64,000 bases of DNA from Candidatus Dormiibacterota bacterium (lineage in GTDB: Bacteria; Chloroflexota; Dormibacteria; Dormibacterales; Dormibacteraceae): contig CAWBPD010000026.1 of assembly GCA_963790575.1 (NCBI GenBank), positions 264,411 to 328,410 of the forward strand. The letters run 5' to 3'. The notes under the pieces are model-generated. The model did no database searches and was not told the origin of the DNA. It worked only from the letters and a program-made list of their open reading frames with translations. Shown here one piece after another: positions 53,052 to 62,687 of the stretch. Position 1 is the first letter of the stretch; every line of letters starts with the position of its first letter. A program made the translations under genes and the position numbers.

Positions 53052-55528
53052 TCTTCGACCTCCTGGTGCAGGTCGAACAGCGTCTGCAGCGCGTCGAGCG
53101 GGGTGAGCCGGTTCGGGTCCACGTCCCGCAGGCGCTTCCGCAGCGGATCCTCGGCGGCGATCAGGGGCAGCCCCAGCTGCTGCTCGGGCGGCTCCAGCGG
53201 CCGCTCGCTCTCCAACTGTGCCAGCAGCTGTCGCGCCCGCGCGATGAGAGGTCCGGGAAGTCCCGCCAGCGCCGCCACGTGGATACCGTAGGAGCGGTCG
53301 GCACCCCCTGGCACCACCCGGTGCAGGAAGCGGATGGTGTCGCCCTCCTCCTGGACTTCCACGCGCTGATTGCGCACGCGAGGCAGACGGTCGGCAAGTG
53401 CGGTCAGCTCGTGGAAATGGGTCGCGAACAGGGTCCGGCAGCCGAGCCGCGGCGAGTCGTGGATCGTCTCCACCACCGCCTGCGCGATCGAGAGTCCGTC
53501 GTAAGTGGAGGTGCCCCGGCCCACCTCGTCGAAGACCACCAGCGAGCTGCGGGTGGCGTGGTTCAGGATGTTCGCCGTCTCCGCCATCTCGACCATGAAG
53601 GTGGACATGCCGGCGGCCAGGTCGTCGTGGGCGCCGACGCGTGTGAAGACCCGGTCCGTGAGGCCGATCGAGGCCTGCTCGGCGGGGACGAAGCTGCCGC
53701 ACTGGGCGAGCAGGACGATCAGCGCCACCTGCCGCAGATACGTCGACTTGCCGGCCATGTTGGGGCCGGTCAGGATCACGATCTGGTCCCGATCGCAAGC
53801 CAGGTGGGTGTCGTTGGCGACGAACTCACCCAGCGCCACCGCCTGCTCCACGATCGGATGCCGGCCGCCCCGGATGGAGAGCTCAAGCCCCTGCGAGATC
53901 TCGGGCCGGCTCCATCCGTAGTCGACGGCGGCGGCCGCGAAGGCGCTCAGCGCATCCAGCTCGCCCACCGCCTCCGCCGCCCGCAGCAGCTGGGGCGCCG
54001 CCTCCTGGACCCGGCGGGAGAGCTGGGCCAGCAGCTCCTGCTCCCGGCGCAGGCAGTCCTGCTGAGCGCCCAGCACCAGCGCCTCGTGGGTCTTCAGCTC
54101 CGGCGTCAGGTAGCGCTCCCCGGTGCTCAGCGTCTGCTTCCGCTCATAGTCGTCGGGCACCGCCTGGCGATTGGCGTGGGAGATCTCGAGGTAATAGCCG
54201 AAGACGCGGTTGTAGCCCACCTTGAGACTCTTGATCCCGGTCCGCTCCCGCTCACGGGCCTCCAGCGCCGTCAGCCACTCCCGGGACCCCCGCGACGCCT
54301 CCTTGATGCGATCCAGATCGGCGTCGTAGCCGTCACGGATGGCGCCGCCACCTTCCCGCAGGATGGCGGGCGGCTCATCGACCAGCGCCCGGCGCAGCTC
54401 ATCGGCCACCTCCGGCGCTCCCTCGACGGCCGCCGCCCGCCGCCGCACCGCCAGCGACGACGCCGCTTCCGCCTCCTGGCGCACCTCGGGGAGCGCCTCC
54501 AGGCTCCTCCTCAGCGCCGCCAGCTCCCGCGGTCCCGAGAGGCCCTGTGCGGCCCGCGTCACCAGCCGCTCCAGGTCCGCGACCCCGCGCAGCGCCTCTC
54601 GGAGAATGGAGCCGATGGGCCCCCCCAACTCCTCGGTGGCGCCCAGCCGGAGCTCGATCTCTTCTGTCTCGCGCAGCGGCGCCCGCAGCCAGCGCCGGAT
54701 CCTCCGCGCCCCGATCGGCGTCGTCGAGCGGTCGACGAGGCGGATCAGCTGGTCGAGCTCCAGGTTGCGGACGGTCGCCTCGTCCAGCTGCATGGTGGTC
54801 TCCGGCCAGTAGCTGGCGACGCGGAGAAGGCCGGGGACGACCTGCACCTGGTTCTCGCGCAGATAGTCGAGGACCACCCCGGCGGCGCCGATCGCGAGCG
54901 GCGCCGCCTCCGCGCCGATCGACTCGACCACCGTGATGCCGAGGAGGTCGCGCAGGCGCTGGCGCCCCCGCTCGGGGTCGAAGCGGTAGGCCTCGAGGGG
55001 CGGCGTGGTGAGCAGCTCGGCCGGGCGCAGGCGCGACAGCTCCGCGGGCAGCCGCTCCGCCGGCAGCTGACAGAGCTGAAGCTCGCCGGTGGAGATGTCG
55101 CAGGAGGCGAGCCCGGCCTCGGCCCCCCGCGAGACCGCCGCCACCAGCCAGTTGGACCGATCGGGCTCCAGGTATGCGTCCTCCAGGACCGTGCCCGGGG
55201 TGAGCACGCGGGTCACCTCGCGGCGGACCACGGTGCGCCCGTTCGGCTGCTCCATCTGGTCGCAGAGGACCACCTTCTTGCCCGCGCGCAGCAGCTTGCC
55301 GACGTACGACTCCCACGCGTGATGCGGCACGCCGCACATCGGCTGACGGCCGCCCTGCATGGGACGGGAGGTGAGCGCGACGCCCATGATCGGCGCCGCC
55401 TCGCGAGCATCGTCGAAAAAGACCTCGAAGAAGTCGCCCATGCGAAAGAGCAGGAGGGCGTCCGGGTGCTGCCGCTTGGCCTCCCAGTACTGCCGCATGG
55501 CGGGCGTCTCCCCGCCCGCCCGGGCCAT
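53048..55528 (-). CDS. mutS: DNA mismatch repair protein MutS.
   Basis: A mismatch-binding N-domain is present (TPAMRQYWEAKRQHPDALLLFRMGDFFEVF). The Walker A motif is GPNMAGKSTYLRQVALIV. It also reads ...STFMVEMAETANIL...DEVGRGTSTYDGLSIA. Confidence 0.9.
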   Translation of the reverse strand: MARAGGETPAMRQYWEAKRQHPDALLLFRMGDFFEVFFDDAREAAPIMGVALTSRPMQGGRQPMCGVPHHAWESYVGKLLRAGKKVVLCDQMEQPNGRTVVRREVTRVLTPGTVLEDAYLEPDRSNWLVAAVSRGAEAGLASCDISTGELQLCQLPAERLPAELSRLRPAELLTTPPLEAYRFDPERGRQRLRDLLGITVVESIGAEAAPLAIGAAGVVLDYLRENQVQVVPGLLRVASYWPETTMQLDEATVRNLELDQLIRLVDRSTTPIGARRIRRWLRAPLRETEEIELRLGATEELGGPIGSILREALRGVADLERLVTRAAQGLSGPRELAALRRSLEALPEVRQEAEAASSLAVRRRAAAVEGAPEVADELRRALVDEPPAILREGGGAIRDGYDADLDRIKEASRGSREWLTALEARERERTGIKSLKVGYNRVFGYYLEISHANRQAVPDDYERKQTLSTGERYLTPELKTHEALVLGAQQDCLRREQELLAQLSRRVQEAAPQLLRAAEAVGELDALSAFAAAAVDYGWSRPEISQGLELSIRGGRHPIVEQAVALGEFVANDTHLACDRDQIVILTGPNMAGKSTYLRQVALIVLLAQCGSFVPAEQASIGLTDRVFTRVGAHDDLAAGMSTFMVEMAETANILNHATRSSLVVFDEVGRGTSTYDGLSIAQAVVETIHDSPRLGCRTLFATHFHELTALADRLPRVRNQRVEVQEEGDTIRFLHRVVPGGADRSYGIHVAALAGLPGPLIARARQLLAQLESERPLEPPEQQLGLPLIAAEDPLRKRLRDVDPNRLTPLDALQTLFDLHQEVEE

Positions 55529-56904
55529 CAGACCAGCTGTGGAGTGCCTACCGGCTGCCGGGCGCCTACCGGGCGGCCGGCCAGCTGGCCCGCCGTCGCC
55601 TGCTCGATCCGGACCCCGACCAGCTCCCCCGGCTCGAGGGGGGTGCGCGGCTCCTGACCCACGAGCGCCAGCGGCACCCGGCCGCCCGGCGCCAGGCAGG
55701 CACCGAGCACGGCCGTGCGCTTGCCCTGCCGCGAGCGTCCGAAGGGCCGGCCAAGCTCGTCGGCGCCCTCCACCAGCACCTCCACGGTGCGCCCGATCCA
55801 GCGCTCGGCTCGCCGGCGGGCGATCCCTCGCTGGAGCTCGAGCAGGTCGTTGATCCGCCGTCGCTTCTCCTCCGCCGGCACGTCGTCGGGCCAGTGATCG
55901 GCGGCGTAGGTGCCGCCCCGCGTCGAGTACTGGGCCAGGTGCACGACGTCGAACTCCAGCTCCGAGAGCAGCCCGCGGGTGTGCTCGAACATCTCCCCGG
56001 TCTCGCCGCTGAAGCCCACGATCACGTCGGTGTAGAGGCCCAGGTCGGGCATCAGGCGGCGCGCGTGGTCGATCAGCGCCCGGTAGTGGCGCACCTGGTA
56101 GCCGCGGGCCATCCGCTTCAGCATGTAGTCGTCGCCGGACTGGATCGGGAGCTGGAGCTCGTGCGCGATCTTGGGGTGCTCGGCCATCACCCGCAGCAGG
56201 CGGGGCTCCAGGTCCTGGGGATGCGAGGTCATGAAACGCACCCGCCGGAGGCCCTCGATCCCGGCCACCGCCTCCACCAGGTGGCTCAGTCCCTCACCGC
56301 TTTCGGGGTCGCGATAGTCGTCGACGTTCTGTCCCAGCAGGACGATCTCGCGCGCGCCCTCGGCCACCGCCAGACGGCATTCTTCCAGCACCGCCGGCCG
56401 CGGCTTCATCACCTCTCGTCCGCGGACCTTGGGAACGATGCAGAAGGTGCAGTTGTGATCGCAGCCCTGGATCACGTTGACGAAGTGGCTGACGCCGGTC
56501 CGACCCGCCGCTGGCAGCGGCTCGCCCTGCGTCAGGTCGTAGCGCGCCTCCAGGTCGGCGACGAAGCGGGCCCCGTCGCCAATCGGAACCACCGCGTCGA
56601 GGTGCGGGAACCGGCTCTGCAGGCGGTCCCCCTCCTTCCCCACCAGGCAGCCGGTGACCGCGATGGTGCGCTCGGGCCGCTTCCAGCTGCGCAGTTCACC
56701 CAGCTTCGAGTAGACCTTGTCCTCACTGGCCTGGCGCACCACGCAGGTGTTGAGGACCGCGATGTCCGCGCGCTCCAGGTCTGGCTCCTCCGCGAAACCG
56801 GCGGCGAGCAGCTGACGCGACAGCGCCTCCGAGTCGGCGAGATTCATCTGGCACCCGATGGTCCAGACATGGAAGCTACGACCTCGGGGCCACCGCGAAA
56901 CCAT
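55528..56904 (-). CDS. miaB: tRNA-i6A37 methylthiotransferase MiaB (radical SAM).
   Basis: An MTTase N-domain is present (FHVWTIGCQMNLADSE...NTCVVRQ). The radical-SAM motif is CDHNCTFC. A TRAM domain is also present. Confidence 0.9.
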   Translation of the reverse strand: MVSRWPRGRSFHVWTIGCQMNLADSEALSRQLLAAGFAEEPDLERADIAVLNTCVVRQASEDKVYSKLGELRSWKRPERTIAVTGCLVGKEGDRLQSRFPHLDAVVPIGDGARFVADLEARYDLTQGEPLPAAGRTGVSHFVNVIQGCDHNCTFCIVPKVRGREVMKPRPAVLEECRLAVAEGAREIVLLGQNVDDYRDPESGEGLSHLVEAVAGIEGLRRVRFMTSHPQDLEPRLLRVMAEHPKIAHELQLPIQSGDDYMLKRMARGYQVRHYRALIDHARRLMPDLGLYTDVIVGFSGETGEMFEHTRGLLSELEFDVVHLAQYSTRGGTYAADHWPDDVPAEEKRRRINDLLELQRGIARRRAERWIGRTVEVLVEGADELGRPFGRSRQGKRTAVLGACLAPGGRVPLALVGQEPRTPLEPGELVGVRIEQATAGQLAGRPVGARQPVGTPQLV

Positions 56905-56999
56905 CCCGGGTGGGGAGCCTGCGGAGTTTCGTGGGGTGGGGCTCGGCATCGCTGCGGCCACTTTACCCGGCCGGGGTTGGGCGCCCGGCGACGACGCGC

Positions 57000-57293
57000 T
57001 CAGACGGGGTGCCGCACCTCGACCAGCAAACGGATCCCGGTGCGCTCCTCACCATCGATCGAAATGTCGATGAACGAAGGGATGCAGACGATCTCGATCC
57101 CCCCCGGCGCCACATACCCCCGAGAGATGGCAATCGCCTTGACCGCCTGATTGATCGCCCCCGCGCCGATGGCCTGTACCTCCACCCTGCCTTGGGTGCG
57201 GATGACGCCCGCGATCGCACCCGCGACGGCGACCGGCTTCGAGGAGGCCGACACTTTCAGCACCTCGACCGCAGGCCGGCCGTTCTGTGTCAT
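57000..57293 (-). CDS. spoVS: SpoVS-family protein.
   Basis: It is 97 aa (MTQNGRPAVEVLKVSASSKPVAVAGAIAGVIRTQGRVEVQAIGAGAINQAVKAIAISRGY...) with strong SpoVS similarity. The RBS is GGAGAAG. Confidence 0.85.
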   Translation of the reverse strand: MTQNGRPAVEVLKVSASSKPVAVAGAIAGVIRTQGRVEVQAIGAGAINQAVKAIAISRGYVAPGGIEIVCIPSFIDISIDGEERTGIRLLVEVRHPV

Positions 57294-57310
57294 TGCTGCA
57301 ACTTCTCCCA

Positions 57311-58099
57311 TCATGCGTTTTCTCTGTCGACGCGCGTGATCGTTGTGGCTTGTCCTTGTGGCCCCCACATCGTAACGAGTACTGAGTTGAAAGTCACGGG
57401 ACCCGACGCGACCAGGTTGCGCTGTGGCATCCCGGTGAGGAAGCGCGCCAGCGATGCTTGCGGGACCACCCCGATCACACTGTCGCGCGGGCCGACCATT
57501 CCGACGTCGGTCACGTAGGCGGTCCCCCCGGGAAGTATGCGCTGGTCGGCGGTGGGCACGTGGGTATGGGTTCCGGCCACCAGCGAGGCCCGCGCGTCCA
57601 GGTGCCAGCCCATCGCCACCTTCTCCGCCGTCGCCTCCGCGTGCATGTCGACGATCACGCAGTCGGCGCCCACATGGTCGGTCAGGATCGCGTCGACGGT
57701 CCGGAAGGGGTCGTCGAGCGCCGTCATGAACGTGCGGCCCTGGAGATTGACGACCAGGACGGTCTTTCCCCGCACCTCGATCTCCAGCGCGCCGCGCCCC
57801 GGCGCCCCGCGCGGGTAGTTGGCGGGACGGAGGACGCGGTCCTCGTGCTCGATCTCCGCCAGGAACTGCTTGTGGTCCCAGACGTGATTGCCGGTCGTGA
57901 CCACGTCGGCTCCCGCCTCTCGCAGCTCGCGCGCGGTGGCGGCCGTGATCCCGAATCCGCCGGCGGAGTTCTCCCCGTTGACGACCAGCAGGTCGAGCGC
58001 CAGCTCCTCCCGCAGCCGCGGCACCAGCTGGGCGAACGAGTGGCGGCCCGGCCGGCCGATCACGTCGCCCACGAACAGCACCCGCAGCTCGTCCGGCAT
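57311..58099 (-). CDS. ymdB: YmdB-like metallophosphoesterase (2',3'-cyclic-nucleotide phosphodiesterase family, TIGR00282).
   Basis: LRVLFVGDVIGRPGR...VVNGENSAGGFGIT...GNHVWD...MHAEATAEK...GTHTHVPTAD matches the calcineurin-like YmdB family. Confidence 0.85.
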   Translation of the reverse strand: MPDELRVLFVGDVIGRPGRHSFAQLVPRLREELALDLLVVNGENSAGGFGITAATARELREAGADVVTTGNHVWDHKQFLAEIEHEDRVLRPANYPRGAPGRGALEIEVRGKTVLVVNLQGRTFMTALDDPFRTVDAILTDHVGADCVIVDMHAEATAEKVAMGWHLDARASLVAGTHTHVPTADQRILPGGTAYVTDVGMVGPRDSVIGVVPQASLARFLTGMPQRNLVASGPVTFNSVLVTMWGPQGQATTITRVDRENA

Positions 58100-58123
58100 C
58101 GAGCGGTGAGTATGGAGCAAGCC

Positions 58124-60061
58124 TCAAGCGTCGGCCGGAGCTGCGACGCCGAGGCTGGCTCGAATCCGCGCCAGCTTGACCGCCTGGGTCAGGGTCGGCA
58201 GGTCATAGGCCGCGCGGTACCGCTGGCCGTTGATGAAGAAGGATGGGGTGCCGGTGACGCCGCTGAGCTCCGCGCTCTCGCGGTCGTCGGCCACCTGGGC
58301 GGCCCCGGCGCCTTCTTCCAGGTCCCGCTCAAAGCGCTCCCTGTCCAGCCCCAGCTGCTCGGCGTACCCGATCAGGTCGGAAAGTGCCAGATGGTCCTGG
58401 TGGTCGATCAGGAGGTCGTGCATGGGCCAGAACGCACCCTGGTTGGACGCCGCCTCGGCCGCCTCGGCCGCCAGCTGGGCGCGCGGGTGGACGTCGTCGA
58501 GCGGGAGGTGGCGCCAGACATACCGGAGATCCCCGGCCTCGGCCAGAAGCTCGCGGACGGACGGCTCGGCCCGCCCACAGTAGGGGCACTCGAAGTCTCC
58601 GTACTCGACGAGCGTGACCGGCGCGTCGGTCGGTCCACGCACATGATCCCGCCCCAGGTCGACCGGGCTGCCCAGGTCGGTGATGGACGCCGTGGTGCCG
58701 AGCACGAACCGGGCCCTGAGCCGCTTGGGAAGCAGCTTGAGAGCACGAAAGAGACCCCAGCTGATGACGCCGCCCAGCACGATGGTGGTCAGCAGGCCGA
58801 CCTTGGCCTGCTGCAGTTCCTCGCCGCGGAGCACGATCGAAGCCACGAGCAGCGAGACCGTGAACCCGGTGCCGGCCAGCGTACCCGTCCCCAGTACGGC
58901 ACCCCACCCGACCGGCGGCCGCAGCCGTCCCAAGGAGAGGCGGTTCGTCAACCAGGACGCGACGAAGACGCCGACCGGCTTGCCGATCACGTAGCCGGCC
59001 ATGATCCCGAGCGTCACCCGGGAGGTATAGGCGCCCACCAGGAACGGCCCACTCAACGCGATCCCCGCATTGGCGAGCGCGAACAGCGGCACGATGACGT
59101 AGCCGGTCCACTTCTGCAGGCTCTCCTGGAGGATCTCGTTCGGTGATACGGCCGCCCGCACCGCACCTCCCGCGAGGCGGGCCAGCTCGGGCGTCGGCTG
59201 TTCGCGAAAGCCGCGGAACAGGACCGAGGCCCGTTCGAGGTCGGCCCGTGCCGGTGGACGCGCGTAGGTGAGCAGGCCCATCGCGAGCCCCACGATCAGC
59301 GGGTCGATCCCGGCCTCCCTGAGTGCGGTCCAGACGGCGGCCGCGCCGGCCAGATAGACCCACCCCTGGCGCAGCCGCAGACGCACCGCCAGGACGATGA
59401 GGCCGAACAGGAGGATCGCAACCACCAGAGCCGCCACGTTCGGCCGCCCGGCGTATACCACGGTGATGACGGCCAGGGTGAGCGCGTCATCGACGACCAG
59501 CACCGTGACCAGGAACGCACGCAGCCGCTGGGGGTAGAGGGGTCCGGCGAGCGCCAGGGCGCCCAGGGCGAACGCGGTGTCGGTCGACATCGCCGCGCCC
59601 CAGCCCCGCGCTGCCACATGCCCGGCATTGAAGGCCAGGTAGAGCGCGACAGCGATCGCCATACCGCCCAGACCCGCCGCCAGGGGCAGGACCGCCCGGC
59701 GGCGCTCGCGCAGATCGCCGACGTCGAACTCTCGCCGGGCCTCCAGCCCGACCACGAAGAAGAAAAACGTCATGAGCCCGCTGTCGACCCAGTCCACCAG
59801 GCTCATCGACAGGCCCCGTCCGCCGATGCCGATCGACAGTGGCGTCCCCCACAGGCCGGTGTAGCTGGCGGCATCGACGTTGGCCCACACCAGCGAGGCC
59901 ACCACGGCGGCGGCGAGCACGATCGCGCTCGCGCTCTCGCTGCCCGCGATCTTCCGCTTCGGCGTGGCCAGTCGCGGGCGCCAGGGCAGCCGCCGCCCAA
60001 CCGTATCGGCGAGGTCCGCGATCGCGCCTGCGGGTCTGGCGAGCGCCTGCGGGTCACCCAT
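58124..60061 (-). CDS. nhaA: Na+/H+ antiporter NhaA fused to a C-terminal DsbA-like thioredoxin domain.
   Basis: An NhaA core is present (LMTFFFFVVGLEARREF...) with about 11 transmembrane segments. A C-terminal DSBA domain follows with the CPYC active site (VTLVEYGDFECPYCGRAEP...GTPSFFINGQRY). The start is uncertain, at 60061 or 60133. Confidence 0.8.
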   Translation of the reverse strand: MGDPQALARPAGAIADLADTVGRRLPWRPRLATPKRKIAGSESASAIVLAAAVVASLVWANVDAASYTGLWGTPLSIGIGGRGLSMSLVDWVDSGLMTFFFFVVGLEARREFDVGDLRERRRAVLPLAAGLGGMAIAVALYLAFNAGHVAARGWGAAMSTDTAFALGALALAGPLYPQRLRAFLVTVLVVDDALTLAVITVVYAGRPNVAALVVAILLFGLIVLAVRLRLRQGWVYLAGAAAVWTALREAGIDPLIVGLAMGLLTYARPPARADLERASVLFRGFREQPTPELARLAGGAVRAAVSPNEILQESLQKWTGYVIVPLFALANAGIALSGPFLVGAYTSRVTLGIMAGYVIGKPVGVFVASWLTNRLSLGRLRPPVGWGAVLGTGTLAGTGFTVSLLVASIVLRGEELQQAKVGLLTTIVLGGVISWGLFRALKLLPKRLRARFVLGTTASITDLGSPVDLGRDHVRGPTDAPVTLVEYGDFECPYCGRAEPSVRELLAEAGDLRYVWRHLPLDDVHPRAQLAAEAAEAASNQGAFWPMHDLLIDHQDHLALSDLIGYAEQLGLDRERFERDLEEGAGAAQVADDRESAELSGVTGTPSFFINGQRYRAAYDLPTLTQAVKLARIRASLGVAAPADA

Positions 60062-60131
60062 CACCACGATTATCGAGGGGCCGGCGGCTCCACCCCGCAG
60101 TAGCTCACGCCTGTGAGAGGATGCGGCCGTC

Positions 60132-60719
60132 ATGAGCGACCAAGCATCACCCCTGAGTACCTTCGATCGCGTCGTCAGCTCGGTCCGGCATCTGGTCGAG
60201 GGGGTTCGGCCCGACCAGTGGTCGGATTCCACGCCCTGCACCGAGTGGAACGTCGGTCAACTGGTGGACCACCTCATCGAGGGCAACCGCCGGGTCGCCT
60301 CTCGGGTCAGGGAGGAAGGTGGCGGACCGGCCGGCGCGCCGGCGGATTCGGGGGCGGCGGCGGACCGAGCGGGCGCGTACCGGGCCTCCACTCAGAGCCT
60401 GCGAGAGGCGTTCTCGCCGGAGGGGGCGATGGAGCGTACCTACAACTCCCCGTTCGGCCCGATTCCAGGACCTGCCCTGGTGCAGCTCCGGTGCACCGAG
60501 GAGCTGATCCACGGCTGGGACCTGGCGCGGGCCACGGGCCAGTCCACAGAGGGCCTGCCGGCCGACCTGGCGGAGGCGGCGCTGGCGGGCGTCCGTCACC
60601 AGCTGGGCGATCGTCCGCGCGAAGGACTTCCCTTCGCTCCCGCGCAGCCGGTCTCAGAGGACGCGCCGGCGATCGACCGACTGGCAGCCTTTTGCGGTCG
60701 CGCCGTGGAGCGAGGCTAG
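60132..60719 (+). CDS. TIGR03086-like / MDMPI_N (DinB-like) actinobacterial protein.
   Basis: TFDRVVSSVRHLVEGVRPDQWSDSTPCTEWNVGQLVDHLIEGN...ELIHGWDLARATG matches the mycothiol-dependent maleylpyruvate isomerase N-terminal-like family. Confidence 0.7.
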   Translation: MSDQASPLSTFDRVVSSVRHLVEGVRPDQWSDSTPCTEWNVGQLVDHLIEGNRRVASRVREEGGGPAGAPADSGAAADRAGAYRASTQSLREAFSPEGAMERTYNSPFGPIPGPALVQLRCTEELIHGWDLARATGQSTEGLPADLAEAALAGVRHQLGDRPREGLPFAPAQPVSEDAPAIDRLAAFCGRAVERG

Positions 60720-60759
60720 CGACCCCCTGACCGATGTGCGTCCTGGCCGCTGCGCATGC

Positions 60760-61731
60760 TCAGGCGGCCAGCACGGCCGGCTCGATCTGGTGGACCCGGT
60801 CCACGACCGGAGCCAGCGCCTCCAGCGTCTTTTGGTCCCACGGCCGCCCTCCACCGGGTCCGCCCAGGATCGCGTGCTGAATGCCAAGCCCGGCCAGTCT
60901 CTGCAGGTGCTCGACCAGTTGGTCGCCGGCGCAGACGTCGATGTCGCCCACTGCCACCGTCTTCTCGATCTCCCGGTGGTCGCGACCGATGGCACGGCAG
61001 TGCTCGCGCAACACCTCCAGCTTGTGCGGCAGCTCCTCCTGGAACCGCTCGGGATTGTCGAAGAGGTTGCAGGCGTCCGCGTACCGGGCCACCAAGGGCA
61101 GCGTCCGGCGCTCGCCGGCGCCGCCGATCAGGATCGGCGGGTGAGGCCGCTGGACACTGTTGGGGGAGTTCAGGGTCCGGTTGAGCCGGTAGTAGGTGCC
61201 CTCGAAGGGACTGTCGTCGTCCCGCCACATTTGGTGCGCGATCTGCAACAGCTCCTCGAGCTGGCCGAAGCGTTTGCCGAGTGACAGAAACGGGATGCCG
61301 AGACCACCGACCTCGTGCTGCTCCATCATGCTGGGCTCGCGCGAGGGGTCAGGATGCAGCGGATCGAAGTCGGGAGCCGAGAAGGGCGCACCCGCCCCCA
61401 CGCCGAGCACCATCCGTCCACCCGACAGCACGTCGAGCGAGGTGACCAGCTTGATCAGCGGACCCGGGTGACGGTAGGAGACGGAGGTGACCAGCGCGCC
61501 GAGGCGAATCCGACGTGTGCGAGCCGCCATGAACCCCAGCGTCGCGTACGCCTCCAGCATCGGGGACTCGGGCGGCAGGCCGGTCATGCGGATCTGGAAG
61601 AAGTGGTCCATCGTCCAGAGGCTGTCGACACCGACCTCGTCGGCGGCCTCGGCGATGCCGGCCACCATGGGGCCGATCTCAGACCTGGGTAGGTCCCATG
61701 AGAATGTGGCGACGTTGATCCCAAGCTTCAC
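60760..61731 (-). CDS. LLM-class F420-dependent oxidoreductase.
   Basis: MKLGINVATFSW...GVDSLWTMDHFFQI...GALVTSVSYRHPGPLIKLVTSLDVLSGGRMVLGVGAG is the luciferase-like signature. Confidence 0.85.
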   Translation of the reverse strand: MKLGINVATFSWDLPRSEIGPMVAGIAEAADEVGVDSLWTMDHFFQIRMTGLPPESPMLEAYATLGFMAARTRRIRLGALVTSVSYRHPGPLIKLVTSLDVLSGGRMVLGVGAGAPFSAPDFDPLHPDPSREPSMMEQHEVGGLGIPFLSLGKRFGQLEELLQIAHQMWRDDDSPFEGTYYRLNRTLNSPNSVQRPHPPILIGGAGERRTLPLVARYADACNLFDNPERFQEELPHKLEVLREHCRAIGRDHREIEKTVAVGDIDVCAGDQLVEHLQRLAGLGIQHAILGGPGGGRPWDQKTLEALAPVVDRVHQIEPAVLAA

Positions 61732-61733
61732 GG

Positions 61734-61812
61734 TGCCTCCTTTTAGGAACGATCGATAGTCTTAGGAACGATCGATAGTCGGCTCACAATTTACGTGAGC
61801 CGACTAACGATG
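61734..61812. promoter_or_regulatory. A MarR-type operator/promoter region. It has a tandem 19 bp direct repeat, the perfect inverted repeat GTCGGCTCAC-N7-GTGAGCCGAC, and a minus-strand TTGACA-N17-TAAATT promoter.
   Basis: The direct repeat ttaggaacgatcgatagtc occurs twice (61734..61771). The inverted repeat is at 61769..61795. On the minus strand, TTGACA (61810..61805) and TAAATT (61787..61782) overlap the inverted repeat and would drive the LLM gene. Confidence 0.6.
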
Positions 61813-61838
61813 TCAATCGCTTACCCTGAGATACGAAC

Positions 61839-62264
61839 GTGGCAGAGGATCCGACGCACGACTTCCAACCCGTCTTCTGGGCCGCCAAGCGCGCGCTCGC
61901 CCAGGCCTCTGCCCGCGCCTTCTCGCGGCACGGCGTCCACAACGGGCAGCAATACGTCCTCCAGTGCCTGTGGGAGGAGGACGGCCTCACACCAGGTGAG
62001 CTGGCCCGCCGGCTGGAGCTGGCCACGCCGACCGTGACCCGGGCGGCGCGCCGGATGGAGGCCTCGGGTCTGCTCTCCCGCCGTCCCCACGAGCGCGATG
62101 GCCGCCTGGTGCGGCTGTTCCTGACCGACCGTGGCCGGGGGCTGGAGCGTGTGATCGAGGAGGAGCGAGAGCGCCTGACCGAGCGGGCCCTGGCGTCGCT
62201 GGACTCCTCCGAGCGGGCGACCCTGGTGCGAGCGCTCGCGACCGTCCGCCGGAACCTGGACTGA
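61839..62264 (+). CDS. MarR-family transcriptional regulator.
   Basis: The winged HTH is QYVLQCLWEEDGLTPGELARRLELATPTVTRAARRMEASGLLSRRPHERDGRLVRLFLTDRG. Confidence 0.85.
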   Translation: MAEDPTHDFQPVFWAAKRALAQASARAFSRHGVHNGQQYVLQCLWEEDGLTPGELARRLELATPTVTRAARRMEASGLLSRRPHERDGRLVRLFLTDRGRGLERVIEEERERLTERALASLDSSERATLVRALATVRRNLD

Positions 62265-62271
62265 GGCCGGC

Positions 62272-62685
62272 ATGACAAGGTACGTCATCACTCCTGACGT
62301 GGCGATGGAGCTGGCACGGACCCGGACCGTGGTTGCGGACGACCACAAGTTGGTGGCGCCGACCCTGCTGCGTTCCCAGATGCTCGCGCTGCTCTACGGG
62401 GCGGTACGGCGGGGTGAGCTGCGCCGGCAGGAGGCCGCGGCCCAGCTCGACCACGTTCGCAGCCTGCGGATCCGTCTGCTCGGCGACCGTCACCTTCAGG
62501 GCGTGGCGTGGAGGGTCGCAGCGCAGTTGGGCTGGGCGGATACCTTCACCGCGGAGTACGTGGCACTGACCCAGATCCAGGCGGATGCTCTGATCACCCT
62601 CGACGCCCAGCTCGCGGGTGCGGTGCGGCCCCTGGTGAAAGTCGCCACTATCGACCAGCTCAGCCGGCAGGTCCCTGGCCGCTAA
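62272..62685 (+). CDS. PIN-domain protein (VapC-like). This assignment is tentative.
   Basis: It is 137 aa (MTRYVITPDVAMELART...AEYVALTQIQADALITLDAQL) with PIN-like acidic positions. It lies 8 bp downstream of marR. Confidence 0.45.
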   Translation: MTRYVITPDVAMELARTRTVVADDHKLVAPTLLRSQMLALLYGAVRRGELRRQEAAAQLDHVRSLRIRLLGDRHLQGVAWRVAAQLGWADTFTAEYVALTQIQADALITLDAQLAGAVRPLVKVATIDQLSRQVPGR

Positions 62686-62687
62686 AG

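Noticed and set aside
53052-53798. The 250-codon N-terminal extension of ORF 51381..53798 (MutL).
   Set aside because: It overlaps mutS out of frame and is Arg/Pro-rich. The conserved MutL N-terminus (VITILPP...AAGEV) begins at the GTG at 53051, which overlaps the mutS stop.
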